DNA of 64,000 bases from Candidatus Omnitrophota bacterium (GTDB lineage Bacteria > Omnitrophota > Gorgyraeia > Zapsychrales > Zapsychraceae), in the NCBI GenBank assembly GCA_020632515.1, contig JACKFK010000004.1, forward strand, positions 192,068-256,067, given 5' to 3'. The position numbers and the translations under genes are program-made. The notes beneath the pieces are model-generated. The model saw only the letters and a program-made list of their open reading frames with translations, was not told the origin of the DNA and did no database searches. The stretch's first letter is position 1, and every line of letters starts with the position of its first letter. Below, in pieces: positions 44,944 to 54,860 of the stretch.

Positions 44944-46616
44944 TGTCTGGTCTAATTGGTTTTACAACTAAGAATTTATCAAAAGAAATAGGGTTAAAAG
45001 CATTGACACAAATGCGTGGTCTTATAATGCATTGTGATTTTTATAAAACTGATAATTTGTTTAATAATGATGCCGTTTTTGCAACGCGTTGTCACAAAGG
45101 GATTATCCAAAAGGAAAGCCAGCCGTTTAAAAATAATGGTTGTTATATATGGCTAGAGGGTGAATTATACAATCAAGAAGAATTAAAAGAACATTATGGG
45201 GTCAAATCTGAGACTGATCTTGAATTATTGGTCGATCTATATTCGATAAGTAATAATTTAGATTTTTTAATTACGATTGATGGAATTTTCACAGCTGTGT
45301 TGTTTGATTCTAATCGAGGTATGCTTTATTTATTTAATGATCGGTTTGGTTTGCAACCATTTTATTGGACAGTAATAAATAAATCTTTTATATGGTTCTC
45401 AGAGTTAAAAGCGCTCTTAGGGTTCCCTGAGTTTAAGATTAATTTAGATCGTCAAGCAATTAAAGAATATTTAAGGTTTGGTTTTTTTCTAAATGATAAA
45501 ACTTGGTTTAAGGATGTTAGACTGTTATCTTCAGCAACAGTTTTATGTTTTAATATTCGTACACAGGAGTTAAAAGAAAAGAAGTATTGGGATTTAAGAA
45601 ATATTTCAATAAATAAGAATATCGATGAAAATGCAATTATTGATGAGTTGGGTAGGTTGTTCTTACAATCTGTAAAAAAAAGATTTAGAGTTTCAGAGAG
45701 GATTGGGGTTACTCTAAGTGGTGGTTTAGATTCAAGAGCTATTTTTGCAGCAATTCCTTTAATTGATTCTCCGTTACCTGTTGTAACTTTTGGAAGAAAG
45801 GGGTGTTTGGATATAAAAATTGCCAAACAAGTTATTAAAAAGAGATCAAATTCTAAACATCATATTTTTGATATTAATGCTAATAATTGGTTAGCCAATC
45901 GGATATCCGGTGTTTGGTGGTCTGATGGGCAAAAAAATATTATACATATGCATGGAATAACTGAAATTGCTCGGAATAAGGAATTAATGGATATTACTTT
46001 AGATGGTTTCTTGGGAGATGCTATATTGGGAGGGTCTTATTTTAATGATAAAAACTTTACGATTTTTGAGAAATTTGAGAATAGAGGTAGACGTTTTATC
46101 TTGCTGGGACAAAAAATAAGAGGAATATATTTATTTCAACGTTTTCCATTCTTTGACAAAGATTTAATGGATTTTGTTTTATCTATACCGGAGCATTTAA
46201 GGCAAGATTCTTATATATATAATAGGATGCTATTAAGTAAGTTTCCGGAATTTTTTAAAGAAATTGCTTGGTGTAAAACTCGCGTTCCTATTTCATGGAA
46301 TAGATATAAAGGAAAAATATATAGATTGCCATTTACTATGCGAGATCGGATTCTAAAAAAAATAAATATTCATATAGCATCATCACAACTATATACAGAT
46401 TATTTAAATTGGTTGAAAATTGATCCAGCAAAACAATTAGTAGATGAGATTTTACAAAATCCTAAAGCCATATATCGAGATTACATCAAATCGGAGGATT
46501 CAGAAATTCTTTTTGATTCACAAAGATATAGAAAAATATCTATAGATAAGATTGGTCTTTATATTACATTAGAGATATGGCTTCAACAATTATTTCATAA
46601 AAAGTATTTGGTATAG
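44943..46616 (+). CDS. asparagine-synthetase-B-like amidotransferase/amide ligase (N-terminal nucleophile Cys replaced by Ser)
   Basis: The N-terminus is MSGLIGF (canonical MCGI). The PP-loop GVTLSGGLDSRAI is present. Confidence 0.75.
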   Translation: MSGLIGFTTKNLSKEIGLKALTQMRGLIMHCDFYKTDNLFNNDAVFATRCHKGIIQKESQPFKNNGCYIWLEGELYNQEELKEHYGVKSETDLELLVDLYSISNNLDFLITIDGIFTAVLFDSNRGMLYLFNDRFGLQPFYWTVINKSFIWFSELKALLGFPEFKINLDRQAIKEYLRFGFFLNDKTWFKDVRLLSSATVLCFNIRTQELKEKKYWDLRNISINKNIDENAIIDELGRLFLQSVKKRFRVSERIGVTLSGGLDSRAIFAAIPLIDSPLPVVTFGRKGCLDIKIAKQVIKKRSNSKHHIFDINANNWLANRISGVWWSDGQKNIIHMHGITEIARNKELMDITLDGFLGDAILGGSYFNDKNFTIFEKFENRGRRFILLGQKIRGIYLFQRFPFFDKDLMDFVLSIPEHLRQDSYIYNRMLLSKFPEFFKEIAWCKTRVPISWNRYKGKIYRLPFTMRDRILKKINIHIASSQLYTDYLNWLKIDPAKQLVDEILQNPKAIYRDYIKSEDSEILFDSQRYRKISIDKIGLYITLEIWLQQLFHKKYLV

Positions 46617-46664
46617 AATTTTAAATTAATTGGAAGTAATCATTTAACGAGAGAAAATTTAAAT

Positions 46665-47441
46665 ATGAATAAAGAAAGAAGATATATTTTTTCAATCAAC
46701 ACAGGACGAGCAGGTTCAGAATATTTATCAACATTGTTGGCAGCTACAAATGAGTGTGAATCTTGTCATGAAGCTTATCCAAATTTTGCCAGTGATATGA
46801 TAAGAAAAGTGAATATTTTAGGCAATGAAGCAACGTTAGATCTTCAGCGAATAAAAATAAATTATCTTAAGAATTTAGATATTAAAAAAACTGTTTATGC
46901 GGATACAAGCCATATTTTTATAAAATCTTGGTATTATGCGGCGGTTAAAGATTTAGAGAATATTATGGTTATTTGGTTGAAAAGGAATAAAGAAGAAATC
47001 ATTAAAAGTCTTATACGGTTAAAAGCTATTCCAAATAAGACAGTATTAGGAAATAATTGGTATCTTCGTACAGATTATCCAACGAATTTGTTATCAGCTA
47101 AATCTAATTTATCAGATTATCAATTATGTGATTGGTATGTTTCAGAAATAGAGGCTAGGGCATTATATTTTAAAAAAAGTTTTCCTAATATTCCTTTTTT
47201 TTCGGTTAATTTAGAAGATTTAAATAGTTATGAATATGTATGTAAATTGTTTAGTAAATTAAACTTAACCCCAACTGATGGTTTAAAAGATATTGTTGGG
47301 AAAAAAATTAATATGAAGAGAGAAACTAAAAAAATAACATTAATTCAAAGAGTTAATAGAAAGTTAAAAAGAAGTTTTATTAAATGTAATCCGTTTAAGA
47401 ATCGAAATCGAATTCATATCATAGGTGATGGAATTTATTGA
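46665..47441 (+). CDS. putative PAPS-dependent sulfotransferase
   Basis: 5'-PSB-like loop SINTGRAGSEYLSTLL (aa 11-26) and 3'-PB-like LKRNKEEIIKSL (R107...S115, R-x7-S spacing as in RNPxDxxxS). Confidence 0.5.
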   Translation: MNKERRYIFSINTGRAGSEYLSTLLAATNECESCHEAYPNFASDMIRKVNILGNEATLDLQRIKINYLKNLDIKKTVYADTSHIFIKSWYYAAVKDLENIMVIWLKRNKEEIIKSLIRLKAIPNKTVLGNNWYLRTDYPTNLLSAKSNLSDYQLCDWYVSEIEARALYFKKSFPNIPFFSVNLEDLNSYEYVCKLFSKLNLTPTDGLKDIVGKKINMKRETKKITLIQRVNRKLKRSFIKCNPFKNRNRIHIIGDGIY

Positions 47442-47462
47442 TTTTTGCAGTAAGGAGGTGGA

Positions 47463-48599
47463 ATGCGTATAGGATACTGTATCAAGAAAGATGTGCTAGA
47501 TAGGTCATCTTGGTCTGGAACGCATTACTATATATATAAAGCATTAGAAAAGTATTCAGGCGTTATTGTGCCATTTGGTCCATTGAATAATAGATACCTT
47601 TATTTATTGAAGATACTAAATCGAATATCATCTAATTTTTTTCGAAAAAGTTTTAATATAAATCATACAAAATTAGTTTCAAAAGAATATGCAAGAGTTT
47701 TAAAAAAGAAAATTTCTGAAGAAAAATTAGATATATTATTCTTTCCAGCCGGAGGTGCTTTGTCAGCTTATCTAGAAACAAATATACCTATGGTATCCTT
47801 AATGGATGCCACCTGTAGTTTATTATTTGATTATTATGAAGGATATAAAAATTTATTTAGCGTATCTAAAAAAAGATGTATTCATACTGATAAAAAGGCA
47901 TTGCAACGATCGATTTTAACTATTTATTGCTCTGATTGGGCGGCGAACTCAGCAATAAATGAATATGGAATTGATAAATCCAAAATACATGTAATTCCTT
48001 TGGGAGCTAATATTGAAGAAGCTCCTAAGAGAAAAGATGTTCTAGAGATAAGAAAAGTAACACCACAGGTTTGTAAGCTCCTATTTATTGGTGTGGATTG
48101 GGAGCGTAAAGGAGGAGAAATTGCTTATCAAACCATGGTAGAATTAAATCGAAGAGGAATTGAAACAGAGTTGATTATTTGTGGAGTTACTCCCCCAGCG
48201 AAATTTATTTCTGAAAAAGTTAGAATTGAAGGGTATTTAAATAAGAATAACAAAAAAGAGTTTTCTCGATTATGTGAACTTTATAAAGAAGCTTCTTTTT
48301 TTATTCTTCCGACCCGTAGTGAATGTGCAGGAGTTGTTTTCTGTGAAGCTGCTGCATTTGCTTTGCCAATCTTAGCGGCAAATACAGGCGGTGTGGCAAC
48401 CTATGTTGGACATGAAAAAAATGGATATTTGTTACCTTTAGATTACGATGGGGTAAGTTATGCCGATAAGATTGAAGAGTTATGGAAAAATAAAAATGAA
48501 TATCAAGAGTTTTGTAGGAACTCAAGAAATAAGTTTGAAGAGGAATTAAATTGGGATAAATGGGGAGAGCGAGTAGCTAGTTTATTAAAGAAGCTTTAA
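47463..48599 (+). CDS. family 4 glycosyltransferase
   Basis: EX7E motif ECAGVVFCE, followed by PILAANTGGV. Confidence 0.8.
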   Translation: MRIGYCIKKDVLDRSSWSGTHYYIYKALEKYSGVIVPFGPLNNRYLYLLKILNRISSNFFRKSFNINHTKLVSKEYARVLKKKISEEKLDILFFPAGGALSAYLETNIPMVSLMDATCSLLFDYYEGYKNLFSVSKKRCIHTDKKALQRSILTIYCSDWAANSAINEYGIDKSKIHVIPLGANIEEAPKRKDVLEIRKVTPQVCKLLFIGVDWERKGGEIAYQTMVELNRRGIETELIICGVTPPAKFISEKVRIEGYLNKNNKKEFSRLCELYKEASFFILPTRSECAGVVFCEAAAFALPILAANTGGVATYVGHEKNGYLLPLDYDGVSYADKIEELWKNKNEYQEFCRNSRNKFEEELNWDKWGERVASLLKKL

Positions 48600-48694
48600 A
48601 AAGGTGTTTTTAATACTTAATAAATGCTATATATTTTGAAATTTAGATTTTTCAATATATATTCGTGTGATTAGATTAAGGAATTGATTAAAAA

Positions 48695-49876
48695 ATGAGA
48701 ATTTTTGCATGTTCAATTGATTTTAAACCTCAAATTGGTGGTATTTCAGAGTATTGTTATCAAGTTTCTCAGAGTTTAGTAGATAATGGACATCAGGTTT
48801 ATTTTATGGCCCCAAAGGTAAATGGGAGTGATGAATTTGACGATAAAGAGAAAAATCTAGATATTTATCGGATAGAGATTAAATTTAAAGTGATATTAGC
48901 ATTTTCATATTTTAATTTTATATTTAAATTTAAAGAATTCTTAAAGTTAGTTGTTGGTTTAAGAAAATTATCTAAAGAAATGGAAAGTATAATACAAGTT
49001 CATAAGATTGATTATATATGTTGTTTTTTCTGGGATAAATTTGGATGGGCCGCATATATGTTAAAAAAAAAGATTGGGGTTCCATATTATTTAATGTTTC
49101 ATGGAAAAGACATCCAAGAAAATTATACTTTTTCGGGTTTTATTCAAAATATTTTAATTCGTAATGCTGATGCAATTATAGTGAATAGTGAATTTAATAA
49201 AGAAAGAATATTCAGAAAAGTTAAAAAGCCCCCCCAAATTTATGTTACGTATTGTGGTGTAAACGAAAGGGAATTTTTTAAAAAGGAAGTAAACGAAGCC
49301 TTTAAAAAACAATTATGTATTGAAGGAAAGAAAGTTATATTAACTCTGTCTCGGTTGGTTGAACGTAAAGGGGTTGATCGTGCTATTTATGCATTTAAAA
49401 AATATTTAGATAAAACAAATGATCAAAATGTGGTTTATCTGATAGGAGGTGTTGGGCCGGAATTGGTAAAATTAAAGAAGATTGCTAATGATTTAAAGCT
49501 AGAAAGAAAAGTGTTTTTCTTAGGGGAAGTTGAAGATAAAAAAAAGAATGAGATTTATAATCTCGCCAGTTTATTTATATTACCTTGCAGGGAATTAAAA
49601 GATGGAGATGTCGAAGGTTTTGGCATTGTTTTTTTAGAGGCTAACTGTTGTGAAGTGCCAGTGATTGCGGGTAATACTGGTGGAGTACCTTCTGCTGTCA
49701 TTAATAATGTTAATGGATTGCTGGTGGATCCGGACAATATTGATGAAATCGCGGAAAAAATAGAATATTTGCTTTTAAACGAACACATTGCACGAAAATT
49801 AGGAAAAAATGGGAGAATTCGGGCTATCAATGAGTTTACATGGTCACAGGTAGCAAAAAGAATTCTTTTCTCATAG
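48695..49876 (+). CDS. family 4 glycosyltransferase
   Basis: EX7E motif EGFGIVFLE, followed by PVIAGNTGGVPS. Confidence 0.85.
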   Translation: MRIFACSIDFKPQIGGISEYCYQVSQSLVDNGHQVYFMAPKVNGSDEFDDKEKNLDIYRIEIKFKVILAFSYFNFIFKFKEFLKLVVGLRKLSKEMESIIQVHKIDYICCFFWDKFGWAAYMLKKKIGVPYYLMFHGKDIQENYTFSGFIQNILIRNADAIIVNSEFNKERIFRKVKKPPQIYVTYCGVNEREFFKKEVNEAFKKQLCIEGKKVILTLSRLVERKGVDRAIYAFKKYLDKTNDQNVVYLIGGVGPELVKLKKIANDLKLERKVFFLGEVEDKKKNEIYNLASLFILPCRELKDGDVEGFGIVFLEANCCEVPVIAGNTGGVPSAVINNVNGLLVDPDNIDEIAEKIEYLLLNEHIARKLGKNGRIRAINEFTWSQVAKRILFS

Positions 49877-49915
49877 TCAGAGTGATGAATAAAATAGTAT
49901 GAAAGGTTTAAGAGT

Positions 49916-51364
49916 ATGGTTGATAAAAAAGATTTTTTTCGATTTATAGGTACATTGGTACTAGCCGCAATTATCGGTTTTGCTGTCATAATGGTAGTGG
50001 ATAAAGCTTTTGCCGGATCAAAGAATCCGGTCGCAAGCATTGTCATAAGGGCTGTCTTATTAATCATACTTACGACATTAGCAATGCAGCGTAATCGCAG
50101 GTTATTTATGCATTGTTATCTGCTTGCTTTTCCATTTTTGAATACCTTATTAAATGGGGTAAGTCTTGTAACCCTATTTGGAGTTATTTTATTTTTGCTA
50201 TACTACAAAGAGATACAACAAGCATTCAAAAATAATATTTATTTATATAAATATCCATTTATTCTGATAGTTTTGGGCACTGTCATTAGTATTTTTTTAG
50301 CAAAATATCCAGGCGCGGGCTTTGATTATATTCTTTTATATATTTCTTTATTACTTGTATATTGGACGCTGGTTGTTTTTATTGATAAAGAATCGAATTA
50401 TCGATTAGTCATAAAATATATTTTTGCAATTTATATTTTCGCGGGAATCATTTCAATACTGCAGGTTACTTTTGGGGTTAATAGTATTAAGATTTTTCTT
50501 GGAAATTATAACCGTAATGTGAGTTTGGATGGTTCTTTTAATCGTATTCCGGGAATGTTTGGAGATGCGCAAGCGGCAGCTCTTTATTATGCATCGATTT
50601 TCTTTGTTTGTTTAGGCACAATTATCTGTTTTTATAAACAAAAGAAGTTTTTATATTTTATTCTTTTAATTGGGATTCTGGGATTAGCTTTTTCTGGGAG
50701 TCGTTTGGCGATTCTGACATTTGTTTTCTTGTTTGTTATCATGCATTTTGTGACTTTGAATTTTAAAAAATATGTAACTATGAGTCTGATATCTTTGTTT
50801 TTAATTTGTTTTGGGGCTAGTTTTTATCAAGGTTTTTTACCTGTGCAGATAACAGAAAGATTCAATATACATAAATTGAACGATAGTTCAGATTATAGAA
50901 TGAAACTATGGAAATACAGCTTGCCAATTTTTTATGAAAATCCTTTGGGGGTTGGTTTTGGCGGTGAAAATCTCTATGACGCAGGGTTAAAGGTACAGGC
51001 ATTTTTTATTCCTGAATTTAAGGAAAATATAGCCTCACGAAAGAGTACACATTTTGAAAGTTCCTATCTTCAGATTTTATATTCTATTGGTATTCTTGGT
51101 TTTCTGGGTTTTATGCTATTGATTTTTCAATTTTTTATTACAGGTTTAAAGATTTATTCAAATCGAAGGAAGAATTTGATATATAAATTTTCACTGTATT
51201 TGATGTTTTCCATGACGGTATGGTTATTTTGTGTTGTGACCAGCCCCCAAATTGGGAGAGAGCGATTAATGACGATATTTATAACATTATTAGCTTTAAT
51301 GAATGGATTATATAATAAATTAAATAATAGAAGTATTGATGTTGATCTTATTGAAGAAGAATAA
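49916..51364 (+). CDS. wzy: O-antigen polymerase/ligase-family membrane protein (Wzy-like, second copy)
   Basis: At least 10 TM helices. Loop LAFSGSRLAILTFVF...HFESSYLQILYSIG is comparable to Wzy_C. Confidence 0.65.
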   Translation: MVDKKDFFRFIGTLVLAAIIGFAVIMVVDKAFAGSKNPVASIVIRAVLLIILTTLAMQRNRRLFMHCYLLAFPFLNTLLNGVSLVTLFGVILFLLYYKEIQQAFKNNIYLYKYPFILIVLGTVISIFLAKYPGAGFDYILLYISLLLVYWTLVVFIDKESNYRLVIKYIFAIYIFAGIISILQVTFGVNSIKIFLGNYNRNVSLDGSFNRIPGMFGDAQAAALYYASIFFVCLGTIICFYKQKKFLYFILLIGILGLAFSGSRLAILTFVFLFVIMHFVTLNFKKYVTMSLISLFLICFGASFYQGFLPVQITERFNIHKLNDSSDYRMKLWKYSLPIFYENPLGVGFGGENLYDAGLKVQAFFIPEFKENIASRKSTHFESSYLQILYSIGILGFLGFMLLIFQFFITGLKIYSNRRKNLIYKFSLYLMFSMTVWLFCVVTSPQIGRERLMTIFITLLALMNGLYNKLNNRSIDVDLIEEE

Positions 51365-51390
51365 TTAACCTTTAACCTAAATGAGTAAAT

Positions 51391-52500
51391 ATGGTGAAAC
51401 TTTTATTTTTTGGAAGTTATAGCGCGTATAAATACGGAGGGGCGGAATACAGTGCGAATACAATTTTAAATTCGATTAAAAATAGTGAGCTTATTGTCAT
51501 ATCAGGACGATTAGAACATTTAGAAGATAAGGTTTCTAAGTTTTCTTACCCGAGCATGATCAATGTAGAATTTTTTTATAATTATTATTTTCGTTTCATA
51601 AATTTTTTTATCAATTCACTAAGAATTAAGAAAGTATTTAAAGAAATATCAGGGGATTTATTGTTGGCGCAGCTTCCTGCTGCGTTGGCTATAAATTATT
51701 TTAAAGGGCCTTCAGTGTATTTCTTTCGTTCAGAAAATGATCTCAATATTTATCGGACACATAAAAAAGGTTTTTTTCGTTCAATTAGTTTTTTGATTAA
51801 ATTTTCTTTAGAGTGGCCATTCTTTCTTTTTTTTTGTGTTCAAAACAGACGAGCTGTTAAAAAGGCAAAATTGCTTGTTGTGAATTCCACATTTATGGCG
51901 AAAAAGGTTAAATTAAAATTTAATAAAGATTCAGTTGTTCATTATCCTCCTATTGATATAAAAAAACTAAACACTCTAAAGCTTCCAGCTTTGAAAGAAC
52001 GAAAATATATTATGATGGTTGGGGATGATGTCGTAAAAGGTATAGAAATCTTTAAAGAGATAGCGGCTAAAATGCAGAAACATGAATTTTTATTGGTGGG
52101 AAAGAAATATAGAGAATTAAAAAAGGACAATATTACCTATTATCCTTTCCAAGCAGATCCAATGGAAATATACAAAATGGTTAAATTGGTGCTTGTTCCA
52201 TCCATATGGGAAGAACCTTTTGGTAGAGTTGCTGTAGAGGCACAGGCCTTGGGAATACCTGTTATTGTATCTGCCAAAGGAGGATTGCCAGAAACAGTCT
52301 CTTCGGCAGATTATGTCATAAATGATTTATATAATGTAAATGTATGGACAAATAAAATAAATTGGATGTTATCTGATTATGAGAAACATAGTAGAAAAGC
52401 TCTGGAATATGTGCGCAAGTTTGAGATGTCTGATTCCATGAAAAATCTTTTTGATGAAATTTATAAAAAAACAGGTATTAGGTTGGAGTCAAGAATATAA
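51391..52500 (+). CDS. family 4 glycosyltransferase
   Basis: EX7E motif EPFGRVAVE, followed by PVIVSAKGGLPE. Confidence 0.8.
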   Translation: MVKLLFFGSYSAYKYGGAEYSANTILNSIKNSELIVISGRLEHLEDKVSKFSYPSMINVEFFYNYYFRFINFFINSLRIKKVFKEISGDLLLAQLPAALAINYFKGPSVYFFRSENDLNIYRTHKKGFFRSISFLIKFSLEWPFFLFFCVQNRRAVKKAKLLVVNSTFMAKKVKLKFNKDSVVHYPPIDIKKLNTLKLPALKERKYIMMVGDDVVKGIEIFKEIAAKMQKHEFLLVGKKYRELKKDNITYYPFQADPMEIYKMVKLVLVPSIWEEPFGRVAVEAQALGIPVIVSAKGGLPETVSSADYVINDLYNVNVWTNKINWMLSDYEKHSRKALEYVRKFEMSDSMKNLFDEIYKKTGIRLESRI

Positions 52501-52503
52501 GCA

Positions 52504-53625
52504 ATGAATATGAAAGATCGTCCAAAAATTAAAATCCTCCATCTTCTATGGACAGGGCATTCAGGGGGGATGGAGAAATTTGTTTATGATATCACCAGGT
52601 TTGCGGATCGTTCTCGTTTTGAGCATCAGGTGTGTTTTCTTGCTCAAGGTGGGTGGGTTGCTGATCAAATTCAGAAGAATGCCACTGAGGTGAAATATTG
52701 TTTGATGAAATCCGGTGGGTCTTTTTTTAAAAGTTTGAATTTATTTAAGATTATCAATGATTTTCAACCGCAAATCATTATGAATCATCAAAGAAATCTT
52801 TTATCCAATCTTTATCTGTCCTTTTTTTTTTATAATAAAGTAAAAATTTATTATGAACATGGAGGGAATCTTTTAAGTCAGGGTTCTAAGGTTACGCGGT
52901 TATTTTATAAGCTTTTTTCATGGCAATATCGCATGATCCTTACAAATTCTAATTTAGTGAAACAAAAGATTCAGGCTTTAAAGATTCCAGATGAAGATAA
53001 GGTTAATGTGTTATATTTAGGGATTGATGTTGATAAATATAGAAAAAAAGAACGGAATGAAGGTTTTTATGCAAAATTAGGGTTGGACCAAAAAAAGAAA
53101 ATCATTGGAGCTGTGGGAAGAATGGTTGAGCAAAAAGGATGGGATGATTTCTTGTCAGTCGCCAATGAAATTCAGTTGTTAGATCAGAACTATCAATTTT
53201 TAATTATCGGAGACGGGCCTTTAAGAAGCGAACTTGAAGCGAAATCAAAAGAAATGAGTTTAAGTGTGATGTTTCTTGGAAATAGAGAAGACGTTCAGGA
53301 TTTATTGCAAATATTTGATCTTTTTATGATGACATCCAAATGGGAACCTTTTGGTTTAACTGTCCTTGAGGCTTTGGCAGCAGAAGTTCCTGTTGTCGGG
53401 TATTATGTGGATGGAATGGGAGAGATCTTTGATCATGGCGGAGGTGGTGTTCTTCTTAAAGAACGAAATCCGCAGAAGTTAGCTCAAACAGTTATTGACA
53501 TATTTGCTGAAGAAGGGCGCTTAAGAACTTTTTCGCAAGAAGGCAAAAAGAATGTTGAATGTAATTTTGATATCAAAACCACAATACGGAATTTAGAAAA
53601 ATATTATCTTCAATTAGTGCAATGA
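52504..53625 (+). CDS. family 4 glycosyltransferase
   Basis: KILHLLWTGHSGGMEKF N-terminus and EX7E motif EPFGLTVLE. Confidence 0.85.
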   Translation: MNMKDRPKIKILHLLWTGHSGGMEKFVYDITRFADRSRFEHQVCFLAQGGWVADQIQKNATEVKYCLMKSGGSFFKSLNLFKIINDFQPQIIMNHQRNLLSNLYLSFFFYNKVKIYYEHGGNLLSQGSKVTRLFYKLFSWQYRMILTNSNLVKQKIQALKIPDEDKVNVLYLGIDVDKYRKKERNEGFYAKLGLDQKKKIIGAVGRMVEQKGWDDFLSVANEIQLLDQNYQFLIIGDGPLRSELEAKSKEMSLSVMFLGNREDVQDLLQIFDLFMMTSKWEPFGLTVLEALAAEVPVVGYYVDGMGEIFDHGGGGVLLKERNPQKLAQTVIDIFAEEGRLRTFSQEGKKNVECNFDIKTTIRNLEKYYLQLVQ

Positions 53626-54860
53626 AAATTCTACTCATTAACAAATATTTTTACATCAAAGGCGGGGCAGAGAATTCCTTTTTTCAAATGGCTAAGCTGC
53701 TGGAAAAAAAAGGGCATGAGGTTGTGTTCTTTGCGATGGAATCTCCCCGAAATTTTGAATCACCGTATAGCCGCTATTTTATCAGTCATGTGGATTATGA
53801 TAATCATAGTTTGCCTAATATTTTGAAATGTTCCGGCCGGATGTTGTACTCTTGGGAAGCGCGCCGCGGTCTGGAAGAATTGATCGCGCAGGAAAAGCCT
53901 GATATCGCGCATTTGAATAATATTTATCATCAGATTTCTCCATCAATTATCCATAGTTTGAAAAAGTATCGGGTGCCTATGGTGATGTCCTTGCGGGATT
54001 ATAAGCTTGTCTGCGCGTCGTATTCCATGGTGCATCAGGGGGTGGTTTGTGAGGCTTGTAAGGATGGACGGTATTATCATGCGTTTTCTAAAAAGTGTGT
54101 TAAGGGATCGCTTATGAAAAGTTTGCTTAATACATCAGAAATGTATCTGCATCATAAGATGCTGAATATTTATGATGATGTGGATATGTTTATTTCTCCC
54201 AGCCGTTTTTTAAAGAGCAAAGTGAACGAAATGGGGTTTAAGAAAGAGATAAAGCATCTTTTTAATTTTGTAAATTTGGATGAGTTTAATCCGGAGTTTC
54301 ATTGGTCGCAGCGGACAGCTGTGTTTTTTGGGCGCTTGTCGCATGAAAAAGGTGTGGCCACCCTGATACGGGCTTTTAAGGGAATAAACGGACTTCAATT
54401 AAAAATTATTGGGGAAGGCCCGTTGCGGCCGGAATTAGAAAAGTTAGTGGCCAATGAGAAAATCACTAATGTGATTTTCAGTGGTTATAAATCAGGCGAT
54501 GATCTGTATAACGAAATCAAGAAATCAATGTTTGTGGTGCTGCCTTCAGAATGGTATGAAAATAATCCTCGTAATATTATTGAAGGATTTGCTCTTGGCA
54601 AACCGGCTGTGGCGGCTGATATTGGCGGGATTCCGGAATTAGTTATCGAAGGTCAAACAGGGTATTTGTATCCATCCGGCAATGTGGATGCGTTAAGAGC
54701 AAAGTTAGATTTGATGATGAGTGATGAAGCTAAACTGGTTGAGATGGGCCGGCAGGGGCGAAAGTTTGTGGAAGAGGAATTAAACGAAGAAGCGCACTAT
54801 CAAGGATTGAAGAAGATATATGATGACCTGTTAACAAAGAATACGGTTGTCAATGTTTAA
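53622..54860 (+). CDS. family 4 glycosyltransferase
   Basis: MKILLINKYFYIKGGAE N-terminus, EX7E motif ENNPRNIIE, followed by ADIGGIPE. Confidence 0.85.
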   Translation: MKILLINKYFYIKGGAENSFFQMAKLLEKKGHEVVFFAMESPRNFESPYSRYFISHVDYDNHSLPNILKCSGRMLYSWEARRGLEELIAQEKPDIAHLNNIYHQISPSIIHSLKKYRVPMVMSLRDYKLVCASYSMVHQGVVCEACKDGRYYHAFSKKCVKGSLMKSLLNTSEMYLHHKMLNIYDDVDMFISPSRFLKSKVNEMGFKKEIKHLFNFVNLDEFNPEFHWSQRTAVFFGRLSHEKGVATLIRAFKGINGLQLKIIGEGPLRPELEKLVANEKITNVIFSGYKSGDDLYNEIKKSMFVVLPSEWYENNPRNIIEGFALGKPAVAADIGGIPELVIEGQTGYLYPSGNVDALRAKLDLMMSDEAKLVEMGRQGRKFVEEELNEEAHYQGLKKIYDDLLTKNTVVNV

